Of a DNA stretch of 64,000 bases, positions 12,985 through 24,235 are shown piece by piece (within the stretch, counting starts at the first letter, position 1; the number at the start of each line of letters is the position of its first letter). The translations under genes were made by a program, and so were the position numbers. Origin of the DNA: Octopus sinensis (taxonomy: Eukaryota); the NCBI RefSeq assembly GCF_006345805.1, contig NC_043000.1:142910001-142974000 (forward strand), written 5' to 3'. The notes under the pieces are model-generated. The model had not been told where the DNA came from and made no database searches. It worked only from the letters and a program-made list of their open reading frames with translations.

Positions 12985-13290
12985 TCCCAGACCGGGTGTT
13001 GTGAGTGTTTATTGAGCGAAAACACCTAAAGCTCCACGAGGCTCTGGCAGGGGATGGTGGTGATCCCTGCTGTACTCTTTCACCACAACTTTCTCTCACT
13101 CTTTCTTCCTGTTTCTGTTGTACCTGTATGTCACTCTCTGTGTCACGCTGAATATCCCCGAGAACTACGTTAAGGGTACACATGTCTGTGGAGTGCTCAG
13201 CCACTTACACGTTAATTTCACGAGCAGGCTGTTCTGTTGGTCGGATCAACCGGAACCCTCATCGTTGTAACCGACGGAGTGCTTCCATCC
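12985..13290 (+). mobile_element. SINE family A, 5'-truncated
   Basis: tcccagaccggg…gacggagtgcttcc matches the reverse complement of 6821-7206. Confidence 0.8.
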
Positions 13291-13349
13291 ATCAGATTGG
13301 ACAATTTGACAGGATCCGAGGGGTATGAAGGCTACATTGATAAGAACCA

Positions 13350-14018
13350 AAAGGTAAACTGAAGGAATAACAGATGGTTATGCAGAAACCCAATGAAGTT
13401 CCAGTGGTTATGTATATTAAGTTTGCAGCAATGAAAAGGTTCAGGGAGTCGTCAGCAACAAGGAAGGTGTCACACTTTCTCACTTTTTTCACAAGGCATG
13501 AGAGTCAATGCTACTGTCTCGACAGGTGTTGGAGAAAGTTGTGAGGCCCTGAATAAACAAAGCATGCAATGGAAGACTGTAGATCTTTCAACAAGATTCT
13601 GTGCCATCTCAAACAGCTCAAATAACACAAGCATGAATGTATGCCAATATTCATTATAATAATTTCCCAGACATGTGGTCTTCTAGCTCACCAGACCTCA
13701 ATACATTGGACTATTATGTATGGGGCATAGTTAAGTGAACGGTCAACCAACAACCTCATAACACCATACTATCTCTCAAGTCTGCCATAACCAGCACAAA
13801 GTCCAAAATTGCTAAAGATCATCTGATTTGGGCATGTCGGCACTTCTGACAACATATTGATGCAGCCATTGGTGCTAACAGTGTTTCCTTGAATAAGAGT
13901 GATAAAAGAATTCTCAAGATCATTTGTACCAATTTGTTTTCAAATACAGCTTGTCTTTGATGAGCTGTGCATCTTTTGCTAAATTCATACAAATGACCTC
14001 AAAAACTGACACACCCTG
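13350..14018 (+). mobile_element. Decayed maT-like transposon, 3' half with terminal repeat
   Basis: Translates with stops to NPNEVPVVM…VLEKVVRP*…IFQQDSVPS…WSSSSPDLNTLDYYVWGIVK…HIDAAIGAN; ends …aaaactgacacaccctg next to a TA array. Confidence 0.8.
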
Positions 14019-14066
14019 AATATATATATATAATATATATATACATATATATATATATACACATAC

Positions 14067-14097
<31 letters not shown>

Positions 14098-14140
14098 CAT
14101 ATATATATATTATATATATATATACTATATATATATATAC

Positions 14141-14196
<56 letters not shown>

Positions 14197-14292
14197 GGAG
14201 TAAATACATAAATGTGAAACAGGGTGGAAAAAAGAGTACTCAAATACCAGTGGTAGAGTAATATGCTTTATTTAAAGCAGCAGAAAATTCAA

Positions 14293-14342
14293 CAAAACCT
14301 GTTACTCTGAGTTTCCCGTTGCCGTTCATCGGACAGTTTTTG
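14293..14342 (-). ncRNA. Minimal type I hammerhead-like motif with CCGAUGA core, in a roughly 150-bp repeat (14196-14342)
   Basis: caaaaactgt-CCGATGA-acg-gcaa-cgg-GAA-ACTC-a-GAGT-A-acaggttttg: stem I 9/10 paired, GNRA loop on stem II, GUA triplet. Confidence 0.6.
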
Positions 14343-15150
14343 TATGTATATATATATTCACATATATATATACATACATGCTCATTTATAAATAGGCATA
14401 TGCCCATAGGCACATTTAAACATCAATCCATACATATATGCATACATACTTACACGCACATGGACACATTCAAAATCATACATGTAGATATTACTATATA
14501 TTTAAGTTTACGCATGTATGCATGCATGAATGTTCATCTGTTGATGCATATGTGCATTAATAAGTGAATATATGTGGGTACAACAAGGTAGATATGTAAT
14601 AATACAAACATCATGCGACTGCATTACAGTAAATCCCATTATGCAAATCTTTACTGTAGAAGTAACTCTTTCCTTTTGAATTTCATTTCAATAAATATAT
14701 GAAAAGCATATTGACATTTTTTCTATTACAGTACTTAGTCCTGGAAATGACTATAAATTCCATCTAGTCATGAAATTTTGACATGTACAAATGGAATTAT
14801 CTTTTGATAAAATTATGGCTAGGCAAAGCGCAACAAATACAGTCCTTTCTTACGTGGCTTAAGAACTGAATAGAAAGAAAAATACAATTGGAAATTCAGG
14901 AAGCCCTACTTTATATGAATACAATAGTAGGTGAAAGCAACAGTATTACTTTTGTTTGCCAGTGGTGAAACATTTTTCTTTTTTTGCCATAGTATATTTT
15001 TTAAAAAAATAATGCAAATAATCATATTATTATAACTATATCATGCATAAGATTCCCTTCATTGAGATAATATTCACAATTATGAAGGATTCATAAGAAG
15101 GTAAGAACATCTACAAAAAAAAAACATTATATATTCATTATTGCTTCCAG

Positions 15151-15259
15151 TTACTAGAGAGTGGCAATGCTGGAAAACTATTTTTCAAGTGGATTATAGC
15201 AGAATCTGCTTATTTCAGTTTGGCATCTATTTTAATTGATTGCAGCATGAGAGGCACAA
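15151..15259 (+). CDS. Candidate internal exon (LLESGNAGKLFFKWIIAESAYFSLASILIDCSMRGT + 1 nt)
   Basis: Acceptor attcattattgcttccag, donor CAA|GTAAGT, 109 nt open in phase 0, so it can follow 8417-8485 in frame. Protein not recognised. Confidence 0.5.
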
Positions 15260-15739
15260 GTAAGTCTCAGAAAGACTGTTAACTTCATTTAAACATTGAT
15301 CATTTGTTATCTGGTGTCAAAATTTTCGTCACACAAACTGCGACCCAGACACTGGGATGGTTAACAGTCTTTCTGTGTTTTTTAAGTGGCTAACCTGTGT
15401 CTCACAATCTGCAAACGATTTAGTCTCAGACCAAATCATTTGCTTGGCATGTACCCTTCTGAAAGTTATCTTTGTGATTTCTGTTTGCAGAAATGGTAGG
15501 TTGTGAGGAATAAAGTGACATAACTCAATAAAACTGCTGGACAACTCTCTCTCTCTCTTCTTTAACACATGAGTGTACTCTGATCCAACTTCACTCTTTA
15601 ACATTCAAATTTTTCGTTAAATGTATCTTTTTATTCTTTTACTAGTTTTAGTCATTTGGCTGTGGCCATGCTGGAGCACCACCTTTATTCAAACAAATGG
15701 ACCCCAGGACTTATTCTTTGTAAGCCTAGTACTTATTCT

Positions 15740-15970
15740 TATTTCTTTACTGCCCACAAGGGTCTACCCACAGAGGGGACACATAAGGACAGATAAACGG
15801 ATTAAGTCGATTACCTCGACCCCAGTGCATAACTGGTACTTAATTTATTGACCCTGAAAGGATGAAAGGCAAAGTCGACCTCGGCAGAATTTGAATTCAG
15901 AACATAGTGGCAGTCAAAATACCGCTAAGCATTTCGCCCGGCACGCTAATGTTTCTGTCAGCTCGCCACC
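15740..15970 (-). mobile_element. SINE family C inserted in SINE B, 7-bp TSD
   Basis: TTATTCT at 15733-15739 and 15971-15977; head ggtggcgagctgacagaaac and B-box-like GAATTCAAATTC on the minus strand. Confidence 0.85.
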
Positions 15971-16331
15971 TTATTCTATAGGTCTCTTTTGCTAAACTGC
16001 TAAGTTACAGGCACGCAAACACACCAAAATCAGTTGTCAAGCAACAGTGGGGAGAGAAATACAGACACAAAAATATACACACACATACATATATATTTTT
16101 TTGAATACTTTTCTCAATGGATTAAGTGTTTGTTTCTGTTTTTGTCTTCTGCAATTTTATTTTTGGATCTTCTATATATATGAAGACTTTTCCTCATTCT
16201 GGCTGTTTTTCTCTCTACAAACGGAAAGTTGCATTATGGAACAATCATTTTCACAAGATTTTTTATTTATTTATCACCTGACACGATATGTCAGCACCAC
16301 CAGATATTCTTGAACCAGTTTTTGTGTGTCC

Positions 16332-16374
16332 CACAAGAGGTGTCATTGTTAGATATATCGAAACAATTGTTGTG
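16332..16374 (+). ncRNA. Decayed hammerhead-like remnant (core CTG missing)
   Basis: cac-[ctg absent]AAGA-ggtgtc…gatatatc-GAA-ACAATTGT-T-gtg: palindromic stem III and a cac/gtg stem I; inside a repeat spanning about 16090-16430. Confidence 0.35.
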
Positions 16375-17210
16375 ATTAATAATATATACTCGTATATTCT
16401 ATCTTCTGTCTTTCATTTGTTATTTACATATATATATACACACACACACGATGGGCTTCTTTCAGGTTTTGCCTACCAAATCAACTCACAAGTCTTTGGT
16501 CGGCCCGACACTATAGTAGAAATCACTTAACCAAGGTGTCATGCAGTGGGACTGAACTTGGAACCATGTGATTTGGAAGCAAGCTTCCTACCACACCACC
16601 AGGCCTGCACCTGCACCTCCACAGAGCAATGCCTAATCATGCATTATCTTGTAGCTTCAAGATTTCAATGGTGTGTTTGTATATTTTTAGAATGACATTG
16701 CAGGATAGGTGTGAGAGGTTGGATCTGGTAAATTTCAACATAAAACGAATAAAATATTTGGGTTGGATATAGTCAGATTAACTACTAAGGAGTTAAACCA
16801 TACACAACATACATGTTCTCTTTAACATTTAGACTACATCCTATTTCTGATACAAGGGCTTGGAAACCTCCTTAGTGTTGAAGACAATAAAATCTACATT
16901 CTATAAACTGATTGGCGTTTGGCAGAGAATTCATTCATATGACACATACAAAAATTGGCATTTTCAAACTAGACATGGTTCCCCAACCTATCAAGAGGAG
17001 CAGTAGCACAGAACAGGAACTGAATCAGACCATGATGATCTATACAAATCATGCCAAGAAGGAAAGTGGTTATGAAGTGATAATGATGATGATGATGCTA
17101 TATACATGAGTGTATAATTATATATAAAGACACATGCATGCACACACACATACACACTCACACATTCATATCTATGTATATGTAAATAAACATATATGTA
17201 TACATACATA

Positions 17211-17269
<59 letters not shown>

Positions 17270-17295
17270 AATGATACATATGTATACAAATGATA

Positions 17296-17349
<54 letters not shown>

Positions 17350-17404
17350 GTATGTATTATATATATATATATATATATGAACAAGGATGATGTTGATATA
17401 TATA

Positions 17405-17489
17405 TCATACTGGAACTTGGTGCAACTCTTTGGCTTGCCAGTTTCAGTCAAGCTGCCTAACCTATGCCAGCATGGAAAGCAGCCTCTAA

Positions 17490-17542
<53 letters not shown>
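17405..17542 (+). mobile_element. Short RTE 3' end with (GAT)n tail
   Basis: …atgccagcatggaaagcagcctctaaat then (GAT)n; tail-to-tail with the next element. Confidence 0.7.
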
Positions 17543-17547
17543 ATGTA

Positions 17548-18600
17548 TATATCATCATCATCATTACCATCATTGTTTAGCATCTGCTTTCCATGCTGGC
17601 AGCGGTTTGACTGTTTAACTGAGGACTGGCAAGCCAGGAAGCTGCATGGGCACCAATCAGATCTCGCAAGTTTCTACAACTGGATGACCTTCCTAATGCC
17701 AACAACTCCAAGAGTGTAGCCGGTGCTTTTTACTTGTCACAGGTACAGGAGCCAGTCAGGTGGCACTGGCAGCATGGACCATGCTCAAATGGTGTTTTTT
17801 ACATGGCACCGACACTGGTATCAATAATGCTCGAATGATGCTTTTTACATGCCACCAGCATGAGTGCCAGTCAGGCGGCACTGGCATGAGTCACATCCAT
17901 AATTTCACTTGACTCAGCAGGTCTTTTCAAGCACAGCATATTGCCCAATGATTGAAGGGTACTTTTAAACAGGTCGGTTATACAACACTAGCATCAGCCA
18001 CAATCTCACTTGGCTTGTTAGATCTTCTCAAGCACAGCATATCTCCAAAGCTCTCATTTGCATGTCATTGCCTTTGTGAGGCCCAAAGTTCGAAGGTTGT
18101 GCTTCACTACCTCATGATATGTCTACCTGGGTCTACCTCTTCCACATGTCCCTACCACTATTAGGGTGTGACAGTTCGTTACACAGCTGTCCTCATCCTT
18201 ACCCAACACATGACCATACCAGCAGAAATCTTTCTTGCACATCACAACTGATGGTTCTTATGGCCAACTTTTCTCTCAGGGCGTTTACACTCTGCTGTGC
18301 TTGCACACTGATATTACACATCCAGCGGACATACCAGCTTCCTTTCTTACAAGTCTATGCATGTCTTCAGCAGTCGCAGCCGAAGTTTCACTGCCGTGTA
18401 GCATGTCTGTTTGCACACATGTATCATACAAGCTACCTTCCACTCTGAGTGAGAGGCCCTTTGTTATCAGCAGAGTTAGGATCCCTCTGAACTTTGCCCA
18501 AGCTATTCTTATTCGAGTAGCTATGCCCTCGAAGCATCCACCCACTCCTGCTACAGACTTGGTCACCTAGGTAATGGAAGCTATCAACTACATCTAGCTT
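17548..18600 (-). mobile_element. 5'-truncated RTE LINE: RT C-terminus, 3'UTR and (GAT)n tail
   Basis: Minus strand gives …RIRIAWAKFRGILTLLITKGLSLRVEGSLYDTCV…MLHGSET…GRGRP…, continuous with the 3'UTR seen as solo fragments elsewhere. Confidence 0.85.
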
Positions 18601-18689
18601 TTAATCCCTGGCATAGATTGTGTTTTCTATACATCTTCAGTGTTTATTGCCCCTGTGCATCAGGCACACACAAAAGCTATGTATGTTTG

Positions 18690-18875
18690 TGTATATGTTT
18701 GTGTGTCTGTGTTTCTCACCCCCACATCGCTTGACAACCGATGCTGGTGTGTTTACGTCACCATAACTTAGCAGTTTGGCAAAAGTGACCGATAGAATAA
18801 GTACTAGGCTTACAAAGAATAAGTCCTGGGGTCGATTTGGCTGCAGTCAAATGAGTGAAACAAGTAAAAGATATA
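18690..18875 (+). mobile_element. SINE family B, 3' half
   Basis: catcgcttgacaaccgatgctggtgtg…gaaacaagtaaaag. Confidence 0.7.
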
Positions 18876-18986
18876 TTCAAATGCACGCATGAATATATAT
18901 ATATATATATCCACCTACAGGTCAATAAACACATTCACACCCATATACAGATGCTTATACATATAGAAAATATATATACATATACA

Positions 18987-19453
18987 TCTACTACATATGT
19001 GGGAAATTCCGTCTGTGGGTGTGTTTCTGGAGTTGTTATCTAACTCCTCCTACATTGTTTTATCAATTTTGATGAAACTTGACACGTGAGTAGAACTGGA
19101 AACCTCGTGGAAATACTCAGATTGTTGAAGAAATCGATAAGAGGGTCCCTGGAAGGGATCCTTATATATATCTCATATATTTCATTTTAACAGCCAAGGG
19201 AAATAACTCATTTGCCGAAATTTTAACATCCAAGGAAAATAACCCATTCATTTTCCTAAATCATTTGGTATAAATCAAATTGAGTATGCATATTTCTTAG
19301 TATTTGAACTGTTAGAGTTATTTTCGCAATTTATCCAGTACAACCCTTAAACAAGTAAATAGTATTTTCCTAAACAATAGATGCACTTATTTTGGTTAGT
19401 CACTTATTCACGAATATATATGCTTTCCCAGGAATACTGGGTATGTCAGCTAG
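18987..19453 (+). mobile_element. Non-autonomous Helitron, 467 bp, both ends present
   Basis: A|TC at 18986/18987; hairpin CCCAG-GAATA-CTGGG at 19427-19441; CTAG|T at 19450-19454; no TSD. Confidence 0.7.
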
Positions 19454-19461
19454 TATATAAA

Positions 19462-20005
19462 TATATATGAATATGTTTATACATATTAACACATATATAT
19501 ACATACACATAAAATATATACAAAGATGAATATATATATATGTGTGTGTGTGCATGTATATACATATATATCCATTTGTATGCATCTGTTTGTGTGTTTA
19601 TATATATATATACACACACACAAACAGATACACACATATTCACACACATATAGACACACACACACATATACAGCCACATATTCTTAGTGACATAACTATA
19701 ATACCTACAGCATGCAACATGGCATTTAAAACGAAGACTTCTGTCTAAGTTCATTGACCAAAAGTATTGATTAATTCTACTTGACTCACATGATATCCTT
19801 GCTTTATTAATTCAAGTTCTTACCCTATTCTAATGGCACCAACTTCCCACTTTAAACCCCTCATCCACGTCACTTATATTCTCTTTACTGTCTGCATACC
19901 TGATATCGTAGTCATGACTTTCCAAAAGTTTAGATTTGTTTTGTGTGTGTCTGTGTGTGTGCACATGTGTCTGTGTGTGCGCATGCATGTATAGATATGT
20001 ATATG

Positions 20006-20062
<57 letters not shown>

Positions 20063-20248
20063 GTGTGTGTGTGTGTGTGCGTGTGTATGTGTGTGTATAT
20101 ATATATATAAAAACACACAAACAGATGCATACAAACGGATATATCTGTATTACATGCACACACAGACATATATATATATTCATCTTTGTATGTATTTATG
20201 TGTATGCATATATATGTGTTAATAAGTATAAACATATTCATATATATA
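19462..20248. repeat. About 150-bp inverted repeat pair (19462-19612 and 20098-20248)
   Basis: atatatatgaatatgtttatac…tgtatgcatctgtttgtgtgttt recurs as the reverse complement about 490 bp downstream. Confidence 0.85.
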
Positions 20249-20469
20249 TCAATCATGTATGGATATGTATATTGTTATATATATATATATATATATATCA
20301 ATATAGACACACAGTCACTGAGTTCTATTATTACTGCTATTTTTATTTCAATGTGGTAATCTAATCTATGTATTTCTATTTGAAGTTTCTCAGTTTCTTC
20401 TCTGCTGGATTTTATTTATTGTATATGTATGTATACACACACTAACACACATACACAAGCACACATGCA

Positions 20470-20690
20470 TATCATCATCATCGTTTTCCGTGCTGGCATG
20501 GGTTCGACAGTTTGGCTTAGGTCTGGAGAACCAGCAGCTGCACCAGGGTCCAGTCTGATCTGGCAGTGTTTCTACAGCTGGATGCCCTTCCTAATGCTAA
20601 CCACCCCAAGAGTATAGTGGGTGCTTTTTACGTGCCACTGGCACAGGAGCTACACAGGCAGGCCTGGCATCAATCATGTTCAGATAGTGC
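20470..20690 (-). mobile_element. RTE LINE 3' end
   Basis: (CAT)n, gttttccgtgctggcatggg…ggatgcccttcctaatgc. Confidence 0.7.
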
Positions 20691-20758
20691 TACATATACA
20701 TACATACATACATAATACATACATACATACATACATACATACATACATACACACATAC

Positions 20759-20797
<39 letters not shown>

Positions 20798-20968
20798 ATA
20801 GATACACATATATATATATATATATATACACATACATAAAAATATACATATATATATACACACACGCACGCATACACATATACATTATATACATACATAT
20901 ATATATATACACACACACATATATATATATATACATATATGTATACAGACATATATATACATGTGTAT

Positions 20969-20999
<31 letters not shown>

Positions 21000-21943
21000 T
21001 TGTATGCATGTGTATATATATATATATATATGTATATCTATCTATATATATATATATGTGTGTGTTTATTTATTATCGACCATGCACACTCAATGTATGT
21101 GGTAGACATTCACAATGTGTATGTGAATGAATGCTATGGTATGTTGCATTAGTTACCTACATATACTAAATTGTTATATAAACATAAATGTGCATGTGTG
21201 TTTTTCACTTATTTGTCTTTTAGTATACACACAAGCATATATACATATACACATACATTTGTACATTTGTATATATGTGCATGCTTACAAACACACACAC
21301 ATATATACACAGATGTAGATATATATTTAAAAACCATGTACAAATGATGTACAGATATATACGCACCCATGCGTAGTGTTAGCATTCCCATATGACTGTG
21401 TTTACATACATCAATGTTTGTGTATGCGTGTTTGTGCATGTATGTGATTGTGTCTTACTGTGTCTTATAAGTGTTGAAGCAAGCATACAAGCTACACAAA
21501 GCAATCACACACAACACACACATACGCACAAACACTCACACATACAATATACATGCATTTGTACAACTCTTATAAATATAAACACAATGATACGAATTCA
21601 CACAAAGTATATCTTACACATACACAAACTCACAGATACACAAACAAACACTGTATTAATTCACTCCTAAATATCTGGCCAAATATATTCCCTTCGTGTC
21701 TAACTCTGATAGCAAGAAATGAGCAAATAATGTTAGTGCAATAAAATGATAAAACACTTTTATATCTTGTAGAAGTGGTTCTAACAATGTACTCAATAAG
21801 TATACTATATAATATACGTAAGTCCCCCTCTTACAATCAGCAATAGATAAATGTATCTTCATAAACATTCTTGTATGAACAAACTCATGTATAAAAACTT
21901 AGTAGAAAAACTTTGCAAAATGGGCATTTTCACTTATAGTTAC

Positions 21944-22341
21944 TTACTCTTTTACTTGTTTCAGTCATTTGACTGCGGCCGTGCTGGAGCACCGTCTTTA
22001 GTCGAGCAAATCGACCCCGGGACTTATTCTTTTGTAAGCTCAGTACTTATTCAATCGGTCTCTTTTGCCGAACCGCTAAGTGACGATGATGTAAACACAC
22101 CAGCATCGGTTGTCAAGGTGGGGACAAACACAGACACAGAAACACATACACACACACACACACATATATATATACATATATACGACAGGCTTCTTTCAGT
22201 TTCCGTCTACCAAATCCACTCACAAGGCATTGGTCAGCCCGGAGCTATAGCAGAAGACACTTGCCCAAGGTGCCACACAGTGGGACTGAAGCCGGAACCA
22301 TGTGGTTGGTTAGCAAGCTAATTACCACACAGCCACTCCTG
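21944..22341 (-). mobile_element. Full-length SINE family B
   Basis: Head caggagtggctgtgtggt (A-box-like), B-box-like GCTTCAGTCCC, central microsatellite, tail aagtaaaagagtaa. Confidence 0.85.
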
Positions 22342-22599
22342 TGTATATAAAAACAAAACAACTTATTTCAGTATATTTCTTATGTACTTATGTGAGGGTA
22401 TGTGTATGCATGAAAGTGTATGTCTATATGCAGGTACTTCTCAAAATGCGAATACACATACTGAATGATCATAAAGCTGATGTTTATTGAAATATATTTC
22501 ATTTTCAAAATTTAAGAGAATCTAAATCTATAGACCGAATTTAATCATTTTATGAATGCCTGATTTCAAATTGATGGTCATTCTAACCCAGGTACTGTT

Positions 22600-23150
22600 G
22601 ATAGAGCAAGACAATGGAATTACTAACATAAGAAAAATTTCCTTCTGTATGTGTGTACATTCTTTTTCAATGGTGCTTCACAGTTCATTGACTGCTACCT
22701 GTTCTGTACTGCAATCTTCATCTTTTAAGTATACCAATAAAAAATTCCTAGTGGTGTTAGTTCAGGTGAACATGGAGGTTATTCACCTGAACCACTTCAT
22801 CCAATCAGCCAGTTTGACAAAATTTCATCAAAGTAGTGTGGGGGTGTCTCATCTTGCTGGAATTTCCTCAAGCCAAGTGAGTGGAGAAGGCCATCTTGCT
22901 GGATATAAAACTCAACATCTTTAAAGTTCATTTCAATAATAAGTGTGAAAGATTTTCACAGCAATTTCAAGTAAATGGGACCAATCATAGTACCATACAA
23001 AGAATGGTTCAACGAATCCTTTTGTGTGTCTTCTCAGGCACACCAAATTTTCACAACTGGTTCCTTTTCATTTCCTCAGTTATGCTCAGTGTCCAAATAT
23101 CCTTTCTCACCACTTCGTTCCTCCTTTAGCCACTTCAATATGGCAAAAAG
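22600..23150 (-). mobile_element. Decayed Tc1/mariner transposase fragment
   Basis: Minus strand gives VVKIWCA…MIGP…YIQQDG…QQDETPPHY…PPCSPELTPLGIFYW, similar to FQQDGAPPH and WPPRSPDLTPLDF motifs; many stops and frameshifts. Confidence 0.7.
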
Positions 23151-23848
23151 GGAACAACATTCAACAAAACCAGTTAGACAAGAAAAAAACACATCACAAT
23201 CCCTACAAAACATACAGAAGTCTAGTTAAAAGTTATAGATATAGAATTGGATATCTACATATAAATACAGTAATGTATTACATTTGATGTTTGTCTTTCA
23301 TGATTAGTTATGTACAGATTAATTCATTCTATGTAACGACTATGTTTATGTATCAGATACAAAGAAACACGAAAGAAGAGAGATGAAAAAATGAAAGAAA
23401 AGGATGATGTACAGAAATATATATATGCACTCATGCATAGTGTCTTAGCATGCATGCCCATATGACTTTGTTTACATACATTAATGTTTGTATATGCGTG
23501 TTTGTGCATACACAAAACGAAAAATGGTGGTGGGGGCACAACAGCAAAAGATGGAAGGGAGGGGGCGAGGGGCCACAAATCCCAGAATAAGTGGGGTGCT
23601 GAGCCATGTGCTGTGGCAATGCCTTGATGGCATTGCCACAGAGAATGGCCTGTGACACTTACTACAGTAGTTATTCCCCCTTGTGGAACTCATTTTCTGA
23701 CATACTGCCATTATCCCTATTCTTCAGAGGAAATCAGTAGTATGGAGTTGTAGAACACCTTACATCTCAGTGGCGACTGGCACAAATTTTTTTGTTTCCT
23801 CCACATTATGGGCAGCAACACCAGGGTTTGCAGCAAATGCTGCAAGGT

Positions 23849-24235
23849 TAATGCCCACAAGGGGCTACACACAGAGGGGACAAACAAGAACAGACAAATG
23901 GATTAAGTCGATTATATCGACCCCAGTGCTTAACTGGTACTTATTTAATCGAACCAAAAAAGATGAAAGGCAAAGTCGACCTTGGCGGAATTTGAACTCA
24001 GAACCTATTTCTTTACTACCCACAAGGGACTAAACACGGAGAGGGCAAACAAGGACAGACAAACGGATTAAGTCGATTATATCGATCCCAGTGCACAACT
24101 GGTACTTATTTAATCGACTCTGAAAGGATGAAAGGCAAAGCCGACCTTGGCGGAATTTGAACTCAATGCGTAAATACAGACAATATACCGATAAGCATTT
24201 CACCCAGCATGCTATCGTTTCTGCCAGCTTGCCAC
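23849..24235 (-). mobile_element. Head-to-tail SINE C dimer (full copy plus 5'-truncated copy)
   Basis: Junction at 24005/24006: …gaatttgaactcagaacc|tatttctttactacccacaaggg. Confidence 0.75.

Larger units (their letters stand above)
15630..16610 (-). mobile_element. SINE family B split by two later insertions
   Basis: B segments at about 15630-15739, 15971-16085 and 16435-16610 are collinear. Confidence 0.75.
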
